This document shows, one piece after another, positions 1 to 11,985 of a DNA stretch of 64,000 nucleotides. The stretch covers positions 62,001-126,000 of the forward strand of contig OW569344.1 in NCBI GenBank assembly GCA_937625935.1, written 5' to 3'. Each line of letters begins with the position of its first letter. Positions within the stretch are counted from its first letter, which is position 1. Under the pieces are notes generated by a model. The model did no database searches and had not been told where the DNA came from. It was given only the letters and a program-made list of their open reading frames with translations. Both the position numbers and the translations under genes were made by a program. The stretch comes from Tetramitus jugosus (taxonomy: Eukaryota > Protista > Heterolobosea).

Positions 1-668
1 CTGGTTTCAACTCGAACATGAATACTTACCAAGTTGCCCCTCAACAGTTCCAACATCAACAGCAGCACACGCAACTCAACAATGGCTCTGCCTACATGTC
101 GAACTTTAACTTTGGACAGTCGCATCCTGCAGCCATGCAGCAACAGCAACAGCAGTTGCATCAGCACAATTTGGTGCATTATGAAGGAATGCCATCCAAT
201 ATGCCGGTTTCATTCCAAGCACATAATTTTGTGCAACATGATCAGAATTTGCTCGACTCCTTCTTGCTCAGTTCTGCTCTGGGTAATGGTAGTGAAGAGG
301 GACATGAGGCCATGATGCTCAGTGATAAGATACCGGAGAGTACTGAAAGTTCAATCATGAGTAGTCTCATTAACAACAACCAGCATGCTCCATCCACATC
401 TCAGCCACAAGCTCAGAATTTTATACCATCCAATTGGCAACAGGCAGACATCAATTCATTCAACTTTGGCAATGTCGATTCAGCGAATCGTTTAGTTGGT
501 ACTGATCCATCGAGTTTTATGACAGACCAGTTTGATGAGCTGCCTCAGTTCCACTCATCGTCATCATCCAATGCCATGCTTCAGAGTGGAACAGGATGGC
601 CACCACAGGGAACTTCGGCCAATGATTTGTTATCCAATTTCCCTTACGATGATAATACCGAGTGGTAA
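1..668 (+). CDS. C-terminal part of a Q/S/N-rich low-complexity protein (probably starts before the window)
   Basis: 216-aa ORF at the window edge, poly-Q, no recognisable domain; AATAAA follows shortly after the stop. Confidence 0.6.
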   Translation, partial: GFNSNMNTYQVAPQQFQHQQQHTQLNNGSAYMSNFNFGQSHPAAMQQQQQQLHQHNLVHYEGMPSNMPVSFQAHNFVQHDQNLLDSFLLSSALGNGSEEGHEAMMLSDKIPESTESSIMSSLINNNQHAPSTSQPQAQNFIPSNWQQADINSFNFGNVDSANRLVGTDPSSFMTDQFDELPQFHSSSSSNAMLQSGTGWPPQGTSANDLLSNFPYDDNTEW

Positions 669-1088
669 ACAAGATGGACATTTGTACATAAGATGTAGTT
701 TACAATAAATTTTGCGGCAATTCCTAACAAACATCTTCCTTCACGACTCCAGTTTGTTGCTACTGTTCATCTTCCCCCTGAAAATTTTCAACCAATTCGG
801 TGAAGGCACCAAAGATACAACAAAATTTCGAGGTGTATCTTCCATCTGATTAACTGGTTGCTGGCTGACACCTGATTGAAAGAAAACCGAAAGCATTCAT
901 AATTGGAGCCTCCTTCACACAAGGAACCAACTGTAAACGGAATCTTCAGCCACGTGTTTTCCCTGCTTGTCTTTTACGACAAGAATAACTCTCAAATTCC
1001 GCGTGCTCTTTGCCCACAAAACCTCAAAAACTCTCTTCAACAAAAAAATCAAACAACAACAAACGAACAACACAATCACAACAAAAAA

Positions 1089-1811
1089 ATGTTTGAGAGC
1101 GCTGAACAACAACAACAACCATCCAACTCATCCACAACAAAAGCTCTATTTGACTTTTCTCACTTGAGTCAACATGTTCAAAATCACTTGCTCAAAGTGT
1201 ATGCCAACATGGCTGTTACCATTGGTTTCAGTGTACTAGGTTCATACACTGCCATTCGATTTCCTCACTTGGTCTCCGTTCCATTGATGATCATTCTATC
1301 CATCGTCTCTCTCATTGCCATTGCTTGGTCATCCAATCCAGTGTACAGAAAATCATTCTTGTATGCGTTTGGATTGTGCAAGGGTGTTACATTGGCTCCA
1401 CTCATTCAACATTCACTTGCTGTTGACCCCAATTTGGTTGCTATTGCACTCTTTTCCACGACTCTTATTTTTGTGAGTTTCTCCGCTTCTGCACTCTTGT
1501 CCAATAAGAGACAGTACATTTATTTGGGTGGAATGTTGAGCTCTGCACTGTCTTTGATGCTGTTCTTGTCCATTGTGAATATGTTTGTTCAGACGAATGC
1601 GTTGACATTGGTTCAATTGTATGGTGGATTGATTGTGTTTTGTGGCTATATTCTCTATGATACGCAAATGATTGTGGAAAAGTGCAAGAATGGAATGAAG
1701 GATGATGTGGCACATGCACTCGAATTGTACACTGACTTTGTCGCAGTGTTTGTTCGTATTTTGATCATTTTGAACAAGAACAAGGAAAAGTCTAGCAAGA
1801 AGAAGAAATAA
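1089..1811 (+). CDS. BI-1: Bax inhibitor-1 family membrane protein
   Basis: HLLKVY N-terminal motif, multiple TM helices, GYILYDTQMIVEK and HALELYTDFVAVFVRILIIL motifs, basic C-terminal tail; first ATG at 1089 (track start is TTG). Confidence 0.95.
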   Translation: MFESAEQQQQPSNSSTTKALFDFSHLSQHVQNHLLKVYANMAVTIGFSVLGSYTAIRFPHLVSVPLMIILSIVSLIAIAWSSNPVYRKSFLYAFGLCKGVTLAPLIQHSLAVDPNLVAIALFSTTLIFVSFSASALLSNKRQYIYLGGMLSSALSLMLFLSIVNMFVQTNALTLVQLYGGLIVFCGYILYDTQMIVEKCKNGMKDDVAHALELYTDFVAVFVRILIILNKNKEKSSKKKK

Positions 1812-2488
1812 ACTAACTGATGATCCATTGTACTATAATTGTCAATATCTACCTTCTTTTGGCTTCATCATATGGTGATTGAGTTGATTTTCGATAGAAC
1901 GATACTTCTGAGCCAACAAAAGCTCGGTTTCACATTTCACTTCACAACTGTGGGACTCAGGCTCAGTTCAGCTATCTGGTACTCATCAACAGCACCCGCT
2001 TTGATCTGCTCTTTGAAGCAAGCCTCGACCGGTTCACAGATTATTATCAACCTAGTGACGAATGCTTACGCATAGGTCACTATATTGACTGCCAATCGCC
2101 CCAGACTGATCATCAACACCATATTGTCACACAGCCTATGAAGTTACGTGTAATTCCTAACCCTATCGCTGTCCTTGCGGATTACAGGTTTGCACCCCAG
2201 CTTATCATCCAGTGGTTGAATTGGAGATAGATAACGCTGAAGAGATCGGGATGATCAAAAAAATTGTGGTTCAATGAGGATTTCTTGAAAAGAAAAAGTT
2301 TATTTTACACAATCAATGAAAGGTACCTACGTATGCCGAGTACACAATCTCTAGACATGGTAGAACACCTCGAGAGCAGGAGATGTTTTTTTGAAGACAC
2401 TCGCTTCTCTTGGATAATCTCATCCATTTGTCCTATTTTCACGTGTCTAAGCCTAGTTGAAGATCGTTGTGAATATGCTCTACAAAGT

Positions 2489-3454
2489 CTATCCAGATGA
2501 GGCTGGAATAAGCTCTGAGGAAGACACTTCCTGCTTAGGCATTGATTTGGAGGCTTGTTGTTCTGGCTTCTTGACGACAAAGTAGGCCACACCAGCGGCG
2601 TTCATGAGAACAGTTCCAGTGATCATGAAAGCAAATTGGCCTTCAACCCAGAAGCAAGTAAAGAAAGTCATGATGACAGTCAAGGTGTGGATCAAACAGT
2701 TCAATGAAAGAACAAAATGGCTGAACTCAACATGGACATCCTTTTGCTTCAACACATGGGCTCTGAACAAGTTGACAGAGTCCTTGACAGTCCAGAACAC
2801 AGAAGTCAGGAACAGAAGGAAATCTGTAATACCACCGGCAGACTTGATAAAGGCATTCAATTGGAAATCAGTAATCAACATGTGAGGAATCACAGTTGCA
2901 ATGGCAACCACGAGGGAGATATCACCGAGGAGCTTCATATGATTCTCATTGTTTCTCAAGATGGACTTGACTGCACCTTTGCAGAGTGATAGAATGAGCA
3001 AGAGTTCAATAGAGTTGTGGAGTGCAGCAACGATGAAAACATTGGCCATCCATCCAGCATTCACCAGTACAGTAAAGATGAAGGCATTCGTAAAGTTGAA
3101 CCAGAAGACGAGATAATCTCTCCAAGAAGGCTTTCTTTGTTGATACTTTTGAGCCATGCAGAGGATCATGGTAGCAATACAGGTACAGCAGACGTAGACA
3201 GACATAAAGAGACCAACAGAGCGGTACTCATCATCTCGCCATTGGTCTGTCAACAAGTAGGGCATTCTTGCCACTGGGCCAATGTACTTGTTGTTGGTGA
3301 CGAGGTCACTCATGTGGAAGCACTTGGCATAAAAGTCAGGGTCAAAGATATCTACATGGACAGGCTTTTTGGTGCCAAGGTTGATCGTTGAACCAACAGC
3401 TGAGATTGTTGTTGTCACATTGCTTGCAACGTTCATGATGTTGGAGAGTGACAT
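2489..3454 (-). CDS. Uncharacterised multi-pass (~7 TM) membrane protein
   Basis: 321-aa ATG ORF with about seven hydrophobic segments; LHNSIE polar motif in a TM helix. Confidence 0.75.
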   Translation of the reverse strand: MSLSNIMNVASNVTTTISAVGSTINLGTKKPVHVDIFDPDFYAKCFHMSDLVTNNKYIGPVARMPYLLTDQWRDDEYRSVGLFMSVYVCCTCIATMILCMAQKYQQRKPSWRDYLVFWFNFTNAFIFTVLVNAGWMANVFIVAALHNSIELLLILSLCKGAVKSILRNNENHMKLLGDISLVVAIATVIPHMLITDFQLNAFIKSAGGITDFLLFLTSVFWTVKDSVNLFRAHVLKQKDVHVEFSHFVLSLNCLIHTLTVIMTFFTCFWVEGQFAFMITGTVLMNAAGVAYFVVKKPEQQASKSMPKQEVSSSELIPASSG

Positions 3455-4261
3455 CTTTCTTTATGATACAGGGCAGTTATGTGGAATTTGTTGGCAGGGG
3501 GCCTTTGATATGATCTTTGTTTATGTGTTGGTACAAGGGGATTGGACAAGGTTATGTGCTGGATGTCGTTCGTGTGGTTGGTTTGTTGGTTGGTTTTGTT
3601 TTGGCTAACCGAAAATCTTTTTTTAAAGCCACAGGGAACTGCAGTAGGAAGAACAGCATCCACAGAAAGTATTCCACTTCTGTATGGACTTGTTTCGTGT
3701 TTAATTGTAACGGATGACGAATAGTGCATTTGTAGTAGGTCATCTTCTAACGTGTGACAATTTACAGATCATCTGTCAGCGCAAATAGAGTGCGCGACAT
3801 CTCCCAAATTGTTTACGCATATCAAACATCTAACAATTTTCCGAGAACGGAAAGCTCGAACAGCAACTCGGTGCATGACGAAGTGAAAAAAGCACCAGAT
3901 GGCCCCTTGTTGGGTATTGCAGTGTCTTGTTTTATGATCAAGAGGGAAGTTACTAATCCTAGTAACCTACTTTCACTGGAACCTAACGGTAACGTGATTG
4001 CGATGTTCGGATATTGAGGAGGACTGTAGATGAGGACAGTTCCAAGAATAAGGGTTCATCTTGGTGTTCAAAGTAGATTAATAACTACGAGGTGTCAATC
4101 GCTTGAAATATTGGATTCGGCTTGATGTTTGGACTGGTGGTAACAATAGCTCCCAGCAGCAAAAAACTCCGTGCAGCGGTATCCGACACACTACGATACC
4201 AATTCTTCACATTTCACAGAACTGAACTCAAAAAAGCAAACTTGATATTGGACAAACGATC

Positions 4262-7200
4262 ATGCTCGCAACCAAGAAGAAGGTCAAGGTCTATGATGTT
4301 GCTTATGATCAACATGAATCGTTGACGATCCAAGCAAACAAGTACCCCATCAAGAGCAAGGACAGTGTTCCAAAGGTAAAGGAGTTGTTGGATAGTAACC
4401 AAAAGCCCTATGTCGAAGTTCAGTTATTCAACTGTACAAACTTACCTTCAATGGACAGAAATGGGAAAGCGGATCCATATGTTGTGTTCTCGGTTGGTGA
4501 GCGAAGAACGAGGTCTACGACCAAGTTGAGAACGAAGAATCCAGATTGGAAGGAATCATTTATTATGTCAATAGATGAATTGACTCTCAACTCTGGAAGC
4601 AATATTCAATTAATAGCAGAAGTGTTTGACTTCGATAGATTTTCTGATGATGACTACATTGGTCATCTAGTGATTCACTTAAATTATGGGCAATGGCAAG
4701 ATGGAATTTCTCAAAAATTCACATCCAACTTGATAGGTACACATCAAGGTAACTTAACAGTATCCGTAACAAGACATAATTTCGAGGGATACATTATTCC
4801 GTCTACTGAGAGTATCTTCGATGAGATGATGTCTCTTTCCATTTCCGAGAAGAAACTCGAAACAGATGGTTCCGTAAGCGAGAGCTCTGATGTAGAAAGC
4901 GAAGAAACAGAGAAGGAAAACGCTCCAGATCTGAAAAGCGATAGCAAAGATGCTACAGAACTTCCTCCGCTCAAGACAGATTTTGGTTCAATCGAAGAGA
5001 AAATAGAGGAAAGAACAGATGTTCCAACTTCTCTCGACAAGGAGCGTGCATCTAGTGATAAAACCACAAATACCATTGATGTACACGATCCCAAGAACTA
5101 CGAAGTTCCGTTGAATGAGGTTTTTACAACAGAAATCGATTACGATTTGGAACCTTACGTAGATAATGATTTTCCATGTGAGTTGTCTTCTCTGTACGAT
5201 CCAGCAGACAAAACCGCTAAAATACCGGATGGAGTCTTTAAGTGTACTCAGTGGTTACGGCTATCAGATATATGTCCTTATCCACAACTATTTGTCGATG
5301 GAGCAAACGCGGATGATGTCGTCCAGGGAGATCTCGGAGATTGTTGGTTCTTAGGATCATTAAGTTGTGTAGGATCAAGGCAAGAACTTTTAGATCGATG
5401 CATAGCTGTTATTCCAAGTACTCCCAAAAGGGGACACTATGCTTTCAGATTTTTCAAAGGAGGACAATGGATTACCGTCCATGTTGACGATAGGATGCCT
5501 TGTGATTCAAATGGAAAGCTGATATTTGGACGATGCAGAGAGGTGAATGAGGTATGGGTACCATTGATGGAGAAGGCATACGCAAAGCTACACGGAAATT
5601 ATCAAGCTCTTGAGGCTGGTACATCGATGGAGGGGCTTGTTGATCTCACCGGTGGAGTAGCACTTGGTAGAAACGATATCACACCAGATATGGCCACTAG
5701 CGATGATCTGTGGAACGAAATTAGCTTTAAGAATCAAGCAGGCGAGTATATGATGGGTATCTGTGTCGATGGAGAGCACGAAGCTCGGGCTGAGGCCGTT
5801 GGTCTGTTAACAGACCATCAATACGTAATCTTGGATTGCGTTGAAACATCATCAGGAGAACGCTTGTTGAAGGTACTATCGTGCATCATACTTTGATTTG
5901 TGTTACATTCATATGTTGTAATACTCACCTATTTCAAACAGATGAGAAATCCTTGGGGATGTAGAGAATGGAATGGGAGATGGTCTGATGATTCCAAGGA
6001 GTGGACAGATGCCCTAATTAAAGACTTGAATGTCCAATTTGGAGATGATGGAATATTTTACATGAATTATGAAGGTTTGTTTACAGTGTTAGTTTGAACG
6101 CTCATGGTTGTGTAAATACACTCTAACCTTCATAAACTACAGATTTTTGTCATCAATGGAGCCATATAGAGAGTGTTCGAATATTCTCTCAAGATAAATC
6201 ATGGAGTTGTCAAACGAGAAAGGGAGCGTGGGGACCAGAAACAGGTGGAAATGGTGCTAGAAACCCACAGTACATCCTCCATTTAGAAGCAGATAGTTCC
6301 ATTTACTTATCTCTGATGCAATATGATGCCAGATTTACTGATGACGACAAATTTGAGAATGATCTGATTGCACTGATTTTAGTGAAGTACAACGGAGTCT
6401 ATGACAAGGAAAACCCAGCAAAGGCTGAACAAATATTAGATCTATCATCTTCCCAAGTGATTTCTCGCACAAAGTTTCAATCGTCGAGAGAGGTGACGAT
6501 CGCAACTGACCTCCAAGCAGGTACTTATGTGGTCGTTGCTTGCACTTATGTCAGAGAAACCCATACCTCATTCATCATCAGATCATTTGTACATCAGTCA
6601 CAGTTTCAACTTACGGCTCTTCCCTCCTTCAACTCTGTATACCACTCAAAGGTTATAGAAGGAGAGTGGATCGATAAAACTAGTGGGGGTTGCTCGAATA
6701 CATGGAAGTGGGTTAAAAACCCGCAATACAGAATCAGAATACTCGGGACAACATCCTCAGCAGATTTGACCTACTCACAGATTCAAATAGGTGATAAAAT
6801 ACGAGCGATGGGCGCTTATTTGTTGCAACCGAATGCTCTGGATGATAGTGTTGCCGTAAATCAGATGAAGAAAGTTGGAGATATGGGCCAATTTGTTACC
6901 ACAGAGAGAATGGAGAGAGTAGTGAAAGGAATTTCTCCTGATACAACATTATTGCTGGTTCCCTCAATGTTTGAACAGAAACAACAAGCAAAGTTCCAAT
7001 TTGAACTCGCTGTGAGCAAACAAGATCATCCAACTTGCCAAATCGAAATTCGAAAACTAGAGAGTGATTGGGCAAGTGTAAAGTCAGAATGGAATAGAGA
7101 AAATGCTGGCGGTTGCAGCAACAGTCCTCAAACTTGGTTAACGAATCCAAAGTTCTCCGTTTCTGTTTGTGAGACTGTTGCTGTCAATTTCACGCTTTGT

Positions 7201-7440
7201 TTGAAGTGCGAGAAGAAAGATGCCACAGGTATTGGGCTCTACATCTTCTCAAAAGAGAATCCAATCCCTCTTGCCCATAGTCAATTTGAAAATAATATTG
7301 TTCTCAACTTTAGTCACACGTTGGAGAAGGATCAAGTCTATTCTGTGATGCCAGTGACATTCCAACCTGGTGTATTCAGAAAATTCAAACTTCATGCTTG
7401 GACGAAAACTGGTGTGGGGCTATCTCTCCAAGGAGCATAG
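4262..7440 (+). CDS. Calpain-family cysteine protease with N-terminal C2 domain and repeated calpain domain III; 3 exons (4262-5872, 5942-6074, 6143-7440)
   Basis: C2 motif (SMDRNGKADPYV..EVFDFDRFSDDDYIG); catalytic QGDLGDCWFL, EKAYAKLHG, HQY and RNPWG; NPQY domain-III motifs; GT-AG introns 5873-5941 and 6075-6142 restore the frame (RLLK|MRNPWG; YE|DFCHQW). Confidence 0.93.
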
Positions 7441-7622
7441 GTAATTACAAGTAGAAATCCTTAAGTTCAAGTCATAAAGAGTCTTAACAAATCAAATATT
7501 AATTCCATTACAAATTGTTATTTTTATACAACAAAAAAATACGATACTCCCCACAATAGACTGGTCAACCAAAATGTCTTTTGGTCACCATCAGATAAAA
7601 ACGGTAATACTCTTGTTTTCAG

Positions 7623-7955
7623 ATGGGATCATTCCACAATCAAACTCAATCACAAACCCACCAAACTGAAACCACATCACAAATGATTGTATCACTATCA
7701 AAGAATTACATCCGACCACGGTCGCCTCCTCAACTGAGAATGTTTTCAACAATGATAAGAGAATCAAACTCATCCGTGTTGTACTCTCCAGAATCATCAT
7801 CCATCTTCAACATGGACAGAGCAGACACTTACTTTGACAGGAACTACGAGAGAGGAGTCATGAAGAATAATAGCAAATCCAGAGTGAGATCTGCGTCATC
7901 CAGGAGTGCCTCGGAGAAATATGAACGATTGGTGGTCAAACTCAGGGAAAACTGA
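7623..7955 (+). CDS. Small hypothetical protein
   Basis: 110-aa ATG ORF filling the gap between genes; no motif recognised. Confidence 0.45.
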   Translation: MGSFHNQTQSQTHQTETTSQMIVSLSKNYIRPRSPPQLRMFSTMIRESNSSVLYSPESSSIFNMDRADTYFDRNYERGVMKNNSKSRVRSASSRSASEKYERLVVKLREN

Positions 7956-8112
7956 GCCACCGTACTAAGCAGGAAAATTTTGAACAACCGATTCTTGTTG
8001 TAAATAGATGTAAAATACTTCAATCTAAACATAAAAAAATAAATAGGATGATATAATTTTTGCCAATCCACCTTGATTGTTAGTAGTGCTAGTTGTTATG
8101 ATGACGAACAAT

Positions 8113-9429
8113 CTAGATTGACAAGCTTGAAAATTGAATGTTGCTTCTGTTTGGGTCATAATTCTTGTGAAAGGACACAAAAGCTACTGGTTCCTTCATT
8201 GTGCTCGAATAGTACGCTACACCCATACCTCTCGTCGTATAGGCCCATGCCAGCTCCATATGTTTCTCTGACAGTCGATGACAAGCCAATATTCCAACGT
8301 GGCGATTGTTGTGATGAGGTAGTAAGCCACTCGATGCAGCAGAGTCATGTTGTTCGTCTTCATCATCCTCAGTAGGTGATATTATTGTGTCATTGTCATT
8401 ATCTTCATCACCACTTACTCTTAACACTCTCTTCAGACTCGATACAACATCTCCTTCGATGCCATTCTCGAGAAACATGGCACACTTTGATGCCATTTGA
8501 TTGAGCATTATATCTTCACCGACGCCAGTACAGCTGCACGAAAATGAATCGGACACGTGAATACCGGATCCATATATTGCAGCCTCGCCTATTCGACCAG
8601 CATATTTGAGTGAAATTCCACCACTGCTCACACCAGCAGACATGTTTCCATCCGAATCACAACTGATGGCTCCCACAGTATCATAAAACAGATCACTGTG
8701 TTCTTTGGAGTATTGAAGTAAATCTCTTTTTGCTTCGATTGCTCTTTGGTTCTTCATGTAGTGATCTACTCTGCTCCGATGATCATTGAAAGTGTTGAGT
8801 GATTTGGCAGTGACCATACACCGGTCCAACTTACTCTCATCTCTCTCGACGGCCAAGTGCTGGCAATGAACAGAATTTCTAGCATAATAGTAAGCACCCT
8901 TGGAGCATAGCATCAAAGGTTTCACTCTTCCCAATATACCGGGACTATTCATGTAATCCATGATGATTTCACGAGCCAATAGTATGGGATTCATCACACC
9001 GTACACTGCACCTACCGATCCATACATTACTTGACTGCGACCTCTATTCTCATTGACTTGCTTCTTTATGTGCACTGCCACGCAAGCATCACACTCGACT
9101 TGACCCTTTTCATTCAAATTGCTCCCGACACCTGCATTGGTCAACTCAGAGTTCTCTAGAACACTGATGGAAAGACTAGTGGCTTCCAGTGCATCGATTG
9201 AGGTACCTCTTTCATCATTATTCTGGTGTTGTCTTTGTGTTTGAACCAGAGACTGAGCGGCCACCATGCACGCTTGTTTCATCAAATCCTTGTAAAGTGA
9301 AACATTTGAAGGACTGTAATTTCCCGCTCCACAATGAACCGCAATAAACCACTTGTTCTTGGATGGGTTGATCGAGAGATTGCTTGAATTATTTGATTTC
9401 ACTTCTTGATCACTCATTTCATTTCCCAT
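8113..9429 (-). CDS. TASP1: Threonine aspartase 1 (taspase, type-2 asparaginase family)
   Basis: IAVHCGAG, LENSELTNAGVGSNL, VECDA, autocleavage site D|TVGA, GVSSGG, GRIGEAAIYGSG, TGVGEDI motifs. Confidence 0.9.
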   Translation of the reverse strand: MGNEMSDQEVKSNNSSNLSINPSKNKWFIAVHCGAGNYSPSNVSLYKDLMKQACMVAAQSLVQTQRQHQNNDERGTSIDALEATSLSISVLENSELTNAGVGSNLNEKGQVECDACVAVHIKKQVNENRGRSQVMYGSVGAVYGVMNPILLAREIIMDYMNSPGILGRVKPLMLCSKGAYYYARNSVHCQHLAVERDESKLDRCMVTAKSLNTFNDHRSRVDHYMKNQRAIEAKRDLLQYSKEHSDLFYDTVGAISCDSDGNMSAGVSSGGISLKYAGRIGEAAIYGSGIHVSDSFSCSCTGVGEDIMLNQMASKCAMFLENGIEGDVVSSLKRVLRVSGDEDNDNDTIISPTEDDEDEQHDSAASSGLLPHHNNRHVGILACHRLSEKHMELAWAYTTRGMGVAYYSSTMKEPVAFVSFHKNYDPNRSNIQFSSLSI

Positions 9430-9561
9430 TTCACCCACTCACTTGTGGACTATCGAACAACGAGAACTTTGATTGATGCGTTTTCTCAAAGGAACCTTTC
9501 ACATGCACAGGACAAAAAATCATGTAATCACGTGCTTCCAACAAGTGCCCAAAAAACACAC

Positions 9562-11985
9562 ATGAATAATAACCACAATGCCAACATGGTGGTGAACAGA
9601 CCATTCACTGTCTTTGAGCTCCAACATTGTCTCTTTTCACACCTTTACTCCAACAATAGCAACAATCATACCAATGATAATGGTAAGGATGAGCTATTGT
9701 TCAAGTGTAATCTGTATCAAACGGGATCAAGAGTCTATGGCACTCACAAGCTTCAATCAGACTGGGATTTCTTCATGATTGTATCAAATGATGATTTTGA
9801 TGCTTTGAATGAACGACAACACATGGAGGCCTCCTCCATTCATAACGGTGATGATGACAATATTTTAGCTAAAGAGTGGATGAGTCAGACTGCTCAAGGA
9901 TACAAGTGTCTCTATGGTACACTGGTAAAGGTGAAGACGTCGAATCACCATGCAGTAGGTATCAGTAGTGATGGTGATGGAGGTGAAGATGATGAAACAA
10001 CTGGATCTGTTGTTTATTCGATTAATGTCAATCTGTATCGTTATAGTACGTTTGAGGAACGCGTTCAGAGTAATTGGTTGCAAGCTCTCATGTGTATTTA
10101 TCTTGTACCGAGAGAGGAGTATGTTTGGAGGCATGATTTTGATGCATTGGATAGGCAGTTGGTTCGTATCATGTACCGAAAGCTCGCCTTTAGTGTGGTT
10201 GCTGAATCGGGCAAGCATTTTCAAATGGCGAGAAGAAAATGGGGCAAATCTCACTTGGAGTGCAATGAGATTGAAGATTCTATTCAGGGCAGTGATTTGG
10301 ATGTGCCAAACTACTTGGAGAAAAAGTATGTGGCTCATGCGATCAGAGATGTTCTGTTGGGCACACAAATTGCACAGTACGAACGTATCATGGACTACTC
10401 TTGTGCCAACAAGTATTTTTATGAGATTATGGAGTGTACGGAGACAGATTGGAATCACTATCAACGAAAATACTATCCATTGTATCAAAATTTGAAAACC
10501 GAGTTTAATAAGGCAGTGGATAAGCCATTTGTAATTGGGAGCATGAACAATGTTGTTCGCTCGAATTATACGCTTGCATATTTGAATGAATTGCTCGTGT
10601 TAAATCTGACGTCTAGTGACATGATGCACATGTCAGAGGAAGAGTATTGTCTCGATCGATTGAATCGTTATTTTAGTATACGTTATGAGCCGGTCAAAGG
10701 CATTGAACATGCGTATCATCTATCGGCCGAAGCGAGTGAATCATCTAAAACGTGTCCCATTGCCATTGAGTGCTGTGGATTAATTGTGCAGAAAACAGAA
10801 ACGAATTGGAAGCTATTGTGTGCTGCCCCTCCAACGATATGCGACTACAATAATCACTATGCGCCCAAAATCAACTACTCCAAGCCTGTGTTGGTCACTG
10901 CGAGAAAGATGTGTGGAACATTTGAAGTATTCTTGTACTGTGATTCGTCCAAGTGGCGAATCGCTACTATACAAAGCTCAAACGAATTCCCTACATGCAA
11001 GAGCATTGGCAGTGATAGTCATACGACAAGATTGGACACGCTGTTTTGGTCAATGCTTGATGCGCAGCCGAACATTGATGACTCGGAGAAGACGTTTGTT
11101 TTCCAGATTGAAACCAATCAGTACATGAACGTCAATGATTGCTTTCATTTAGAGTCTGTTGTACGCCTCAACCAGCACAGAATGTATCTGACAGATGTTG
11201 TCAACAATTTGACGTGCAAACCACTCGATATCCAACCGTTTATTGCAAAGTATCAATACGAAGAACGCGAAAGGGTGAGCAACAAGTTTAGTTCCATTTT
11301 TGATGGCTCGGAGGATATCGTGTTTAAGAATGTGGATGAAGTGCAAACATTTAGTCTGACATTGAATCCTCTATTTGTTCAGGACTGTATCATACAAGAT
11401 CATGCACATAATCGTATCTCGGTTCCGTGTACGCAATCGTACCATCTTTGGTCTATCATACAGTCCAACAATTCTGAAATGGAAAAGAAATTAGTTGATA
11501 TGATTCGGAGTGTATTCTGCAATTTGAATCATCTTGAGCAAGTCAGACAATTTCTATTGACTATTAACGCGACATTGATGGAAGAGTTTGATCGTGTGCT
11601 TCAGAAATACAAGGCGATGACTATGCAATTGCAGGCATGGAGCGATGAAATGCTTCACATGGAACAGAAAGAAATGGTAGACCACGTCAACCTATCACTG
11701 GACATGTCCCAATCATTCCCAGCAACTGCAGAAAAGGATAACAAAGGGGGAACCACCATTCAGGATGCTGTGATCAGTATCTTGGTGTCTATTCGATGTG
11801 GAAAGAAGAACACTCCCATCACTCAACCTGTTGTCTTTTGTCCTCATTTGGTGGAACAAGTACTTGCCATCTCTCATGAAAGAAGTGTGTGGAAGGTGTA
11901 CGAACAATTTATCAATCAGAACTCGCCTCGGGCTAGATGTGAAATATCATCGACAAACGCTGACGTACTGTCTCACAAGAGATGA
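9562..11985 (+). CDS. Pol-beta-type nucleotidyltransferase fused to a degenerate T4 Rnl1-like RNA ligase domain
   Basis: GSRVYGT..SDWDF NTase motif near 9724; later ECCGLIV...NWKLL..PP and KMCG..FLY...KWRIAT resemble the Rnl1 ECRGL/motif I region; first ATG 9562. Confidence 0.7.
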   Translation: MNNNHNANMVVNRPFTVFELQHCLFSHLYSNNSNNHTNDNGKDELLFKCNLYQTGSRVYGTHKLQSDWDFFMIVSNDDFDALNERQHMEASSIHNGDDDNILAKEWMSQTAQGYKCLYGTLVKVKTSNHHAVGISSDGDGGEDDETTGSVVYSINVNLYRYSTFEERVQSNWLQALMCIYLVPREEYVWRHDFDALDRQLVRIMYRKLAFSVVAESGKHFQMARRKWGKSHLECNEIEDSIQGSDLDVPNYLEKKYVAHAIRDVLLGTQIAQYERIMDYSCANKYFYEIMECTETDWNHYQRKYYPLYQNLKTEFNKAVDKPFVIGSMNNVVRSNYTLAYLNELLVLNLTSSDMMHMSEEEYCLDRLNRYFSIRYEPVKGIEHAYHLSAEASESSKTCPIAIECCGLIVQKTETNWKLLCAAPPTICDYNNHYAPKINYSKPVLVTARKMCGTFEVFLYCDSSKWRIATIQSSNEFPTCKSIGSDSHTTRLDTLFWSMLDAQPNIDDSEKTFVFQIETNQYMNVNDCFHLESVVRLNQHRMYLTDVVNNLTCKPLDIQPFIAKYQYEERERVSNKFSSIFDGSEDIVFKNVDEVQTFSLTLNPLFVQDCIIQDHAHNRISVPCTQSYHLWSIIQSNNSEMEKKLVDMIRSVFCNLNHLEQVRQFLLTINATLMEEFDRVLQKYKAMTMQLQAWSDEMLHMEQKEMVDHVNLSLDMSQSFPATAEKDNKGGTTIQDAVISILVSIRCGKKNTPITQPVVFCPHLVEQVLAISHERSVWKVYEQFINQNSPRARCEISSTNADVLSHKR

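Noticed and set aside
9406-9561. Overlapping divergent taspase and NTase ORFs
   Set aside because: Artefact of TTG/GTG starts in the ORF track; ATG starts are 9429 (-) and 9562 (+).
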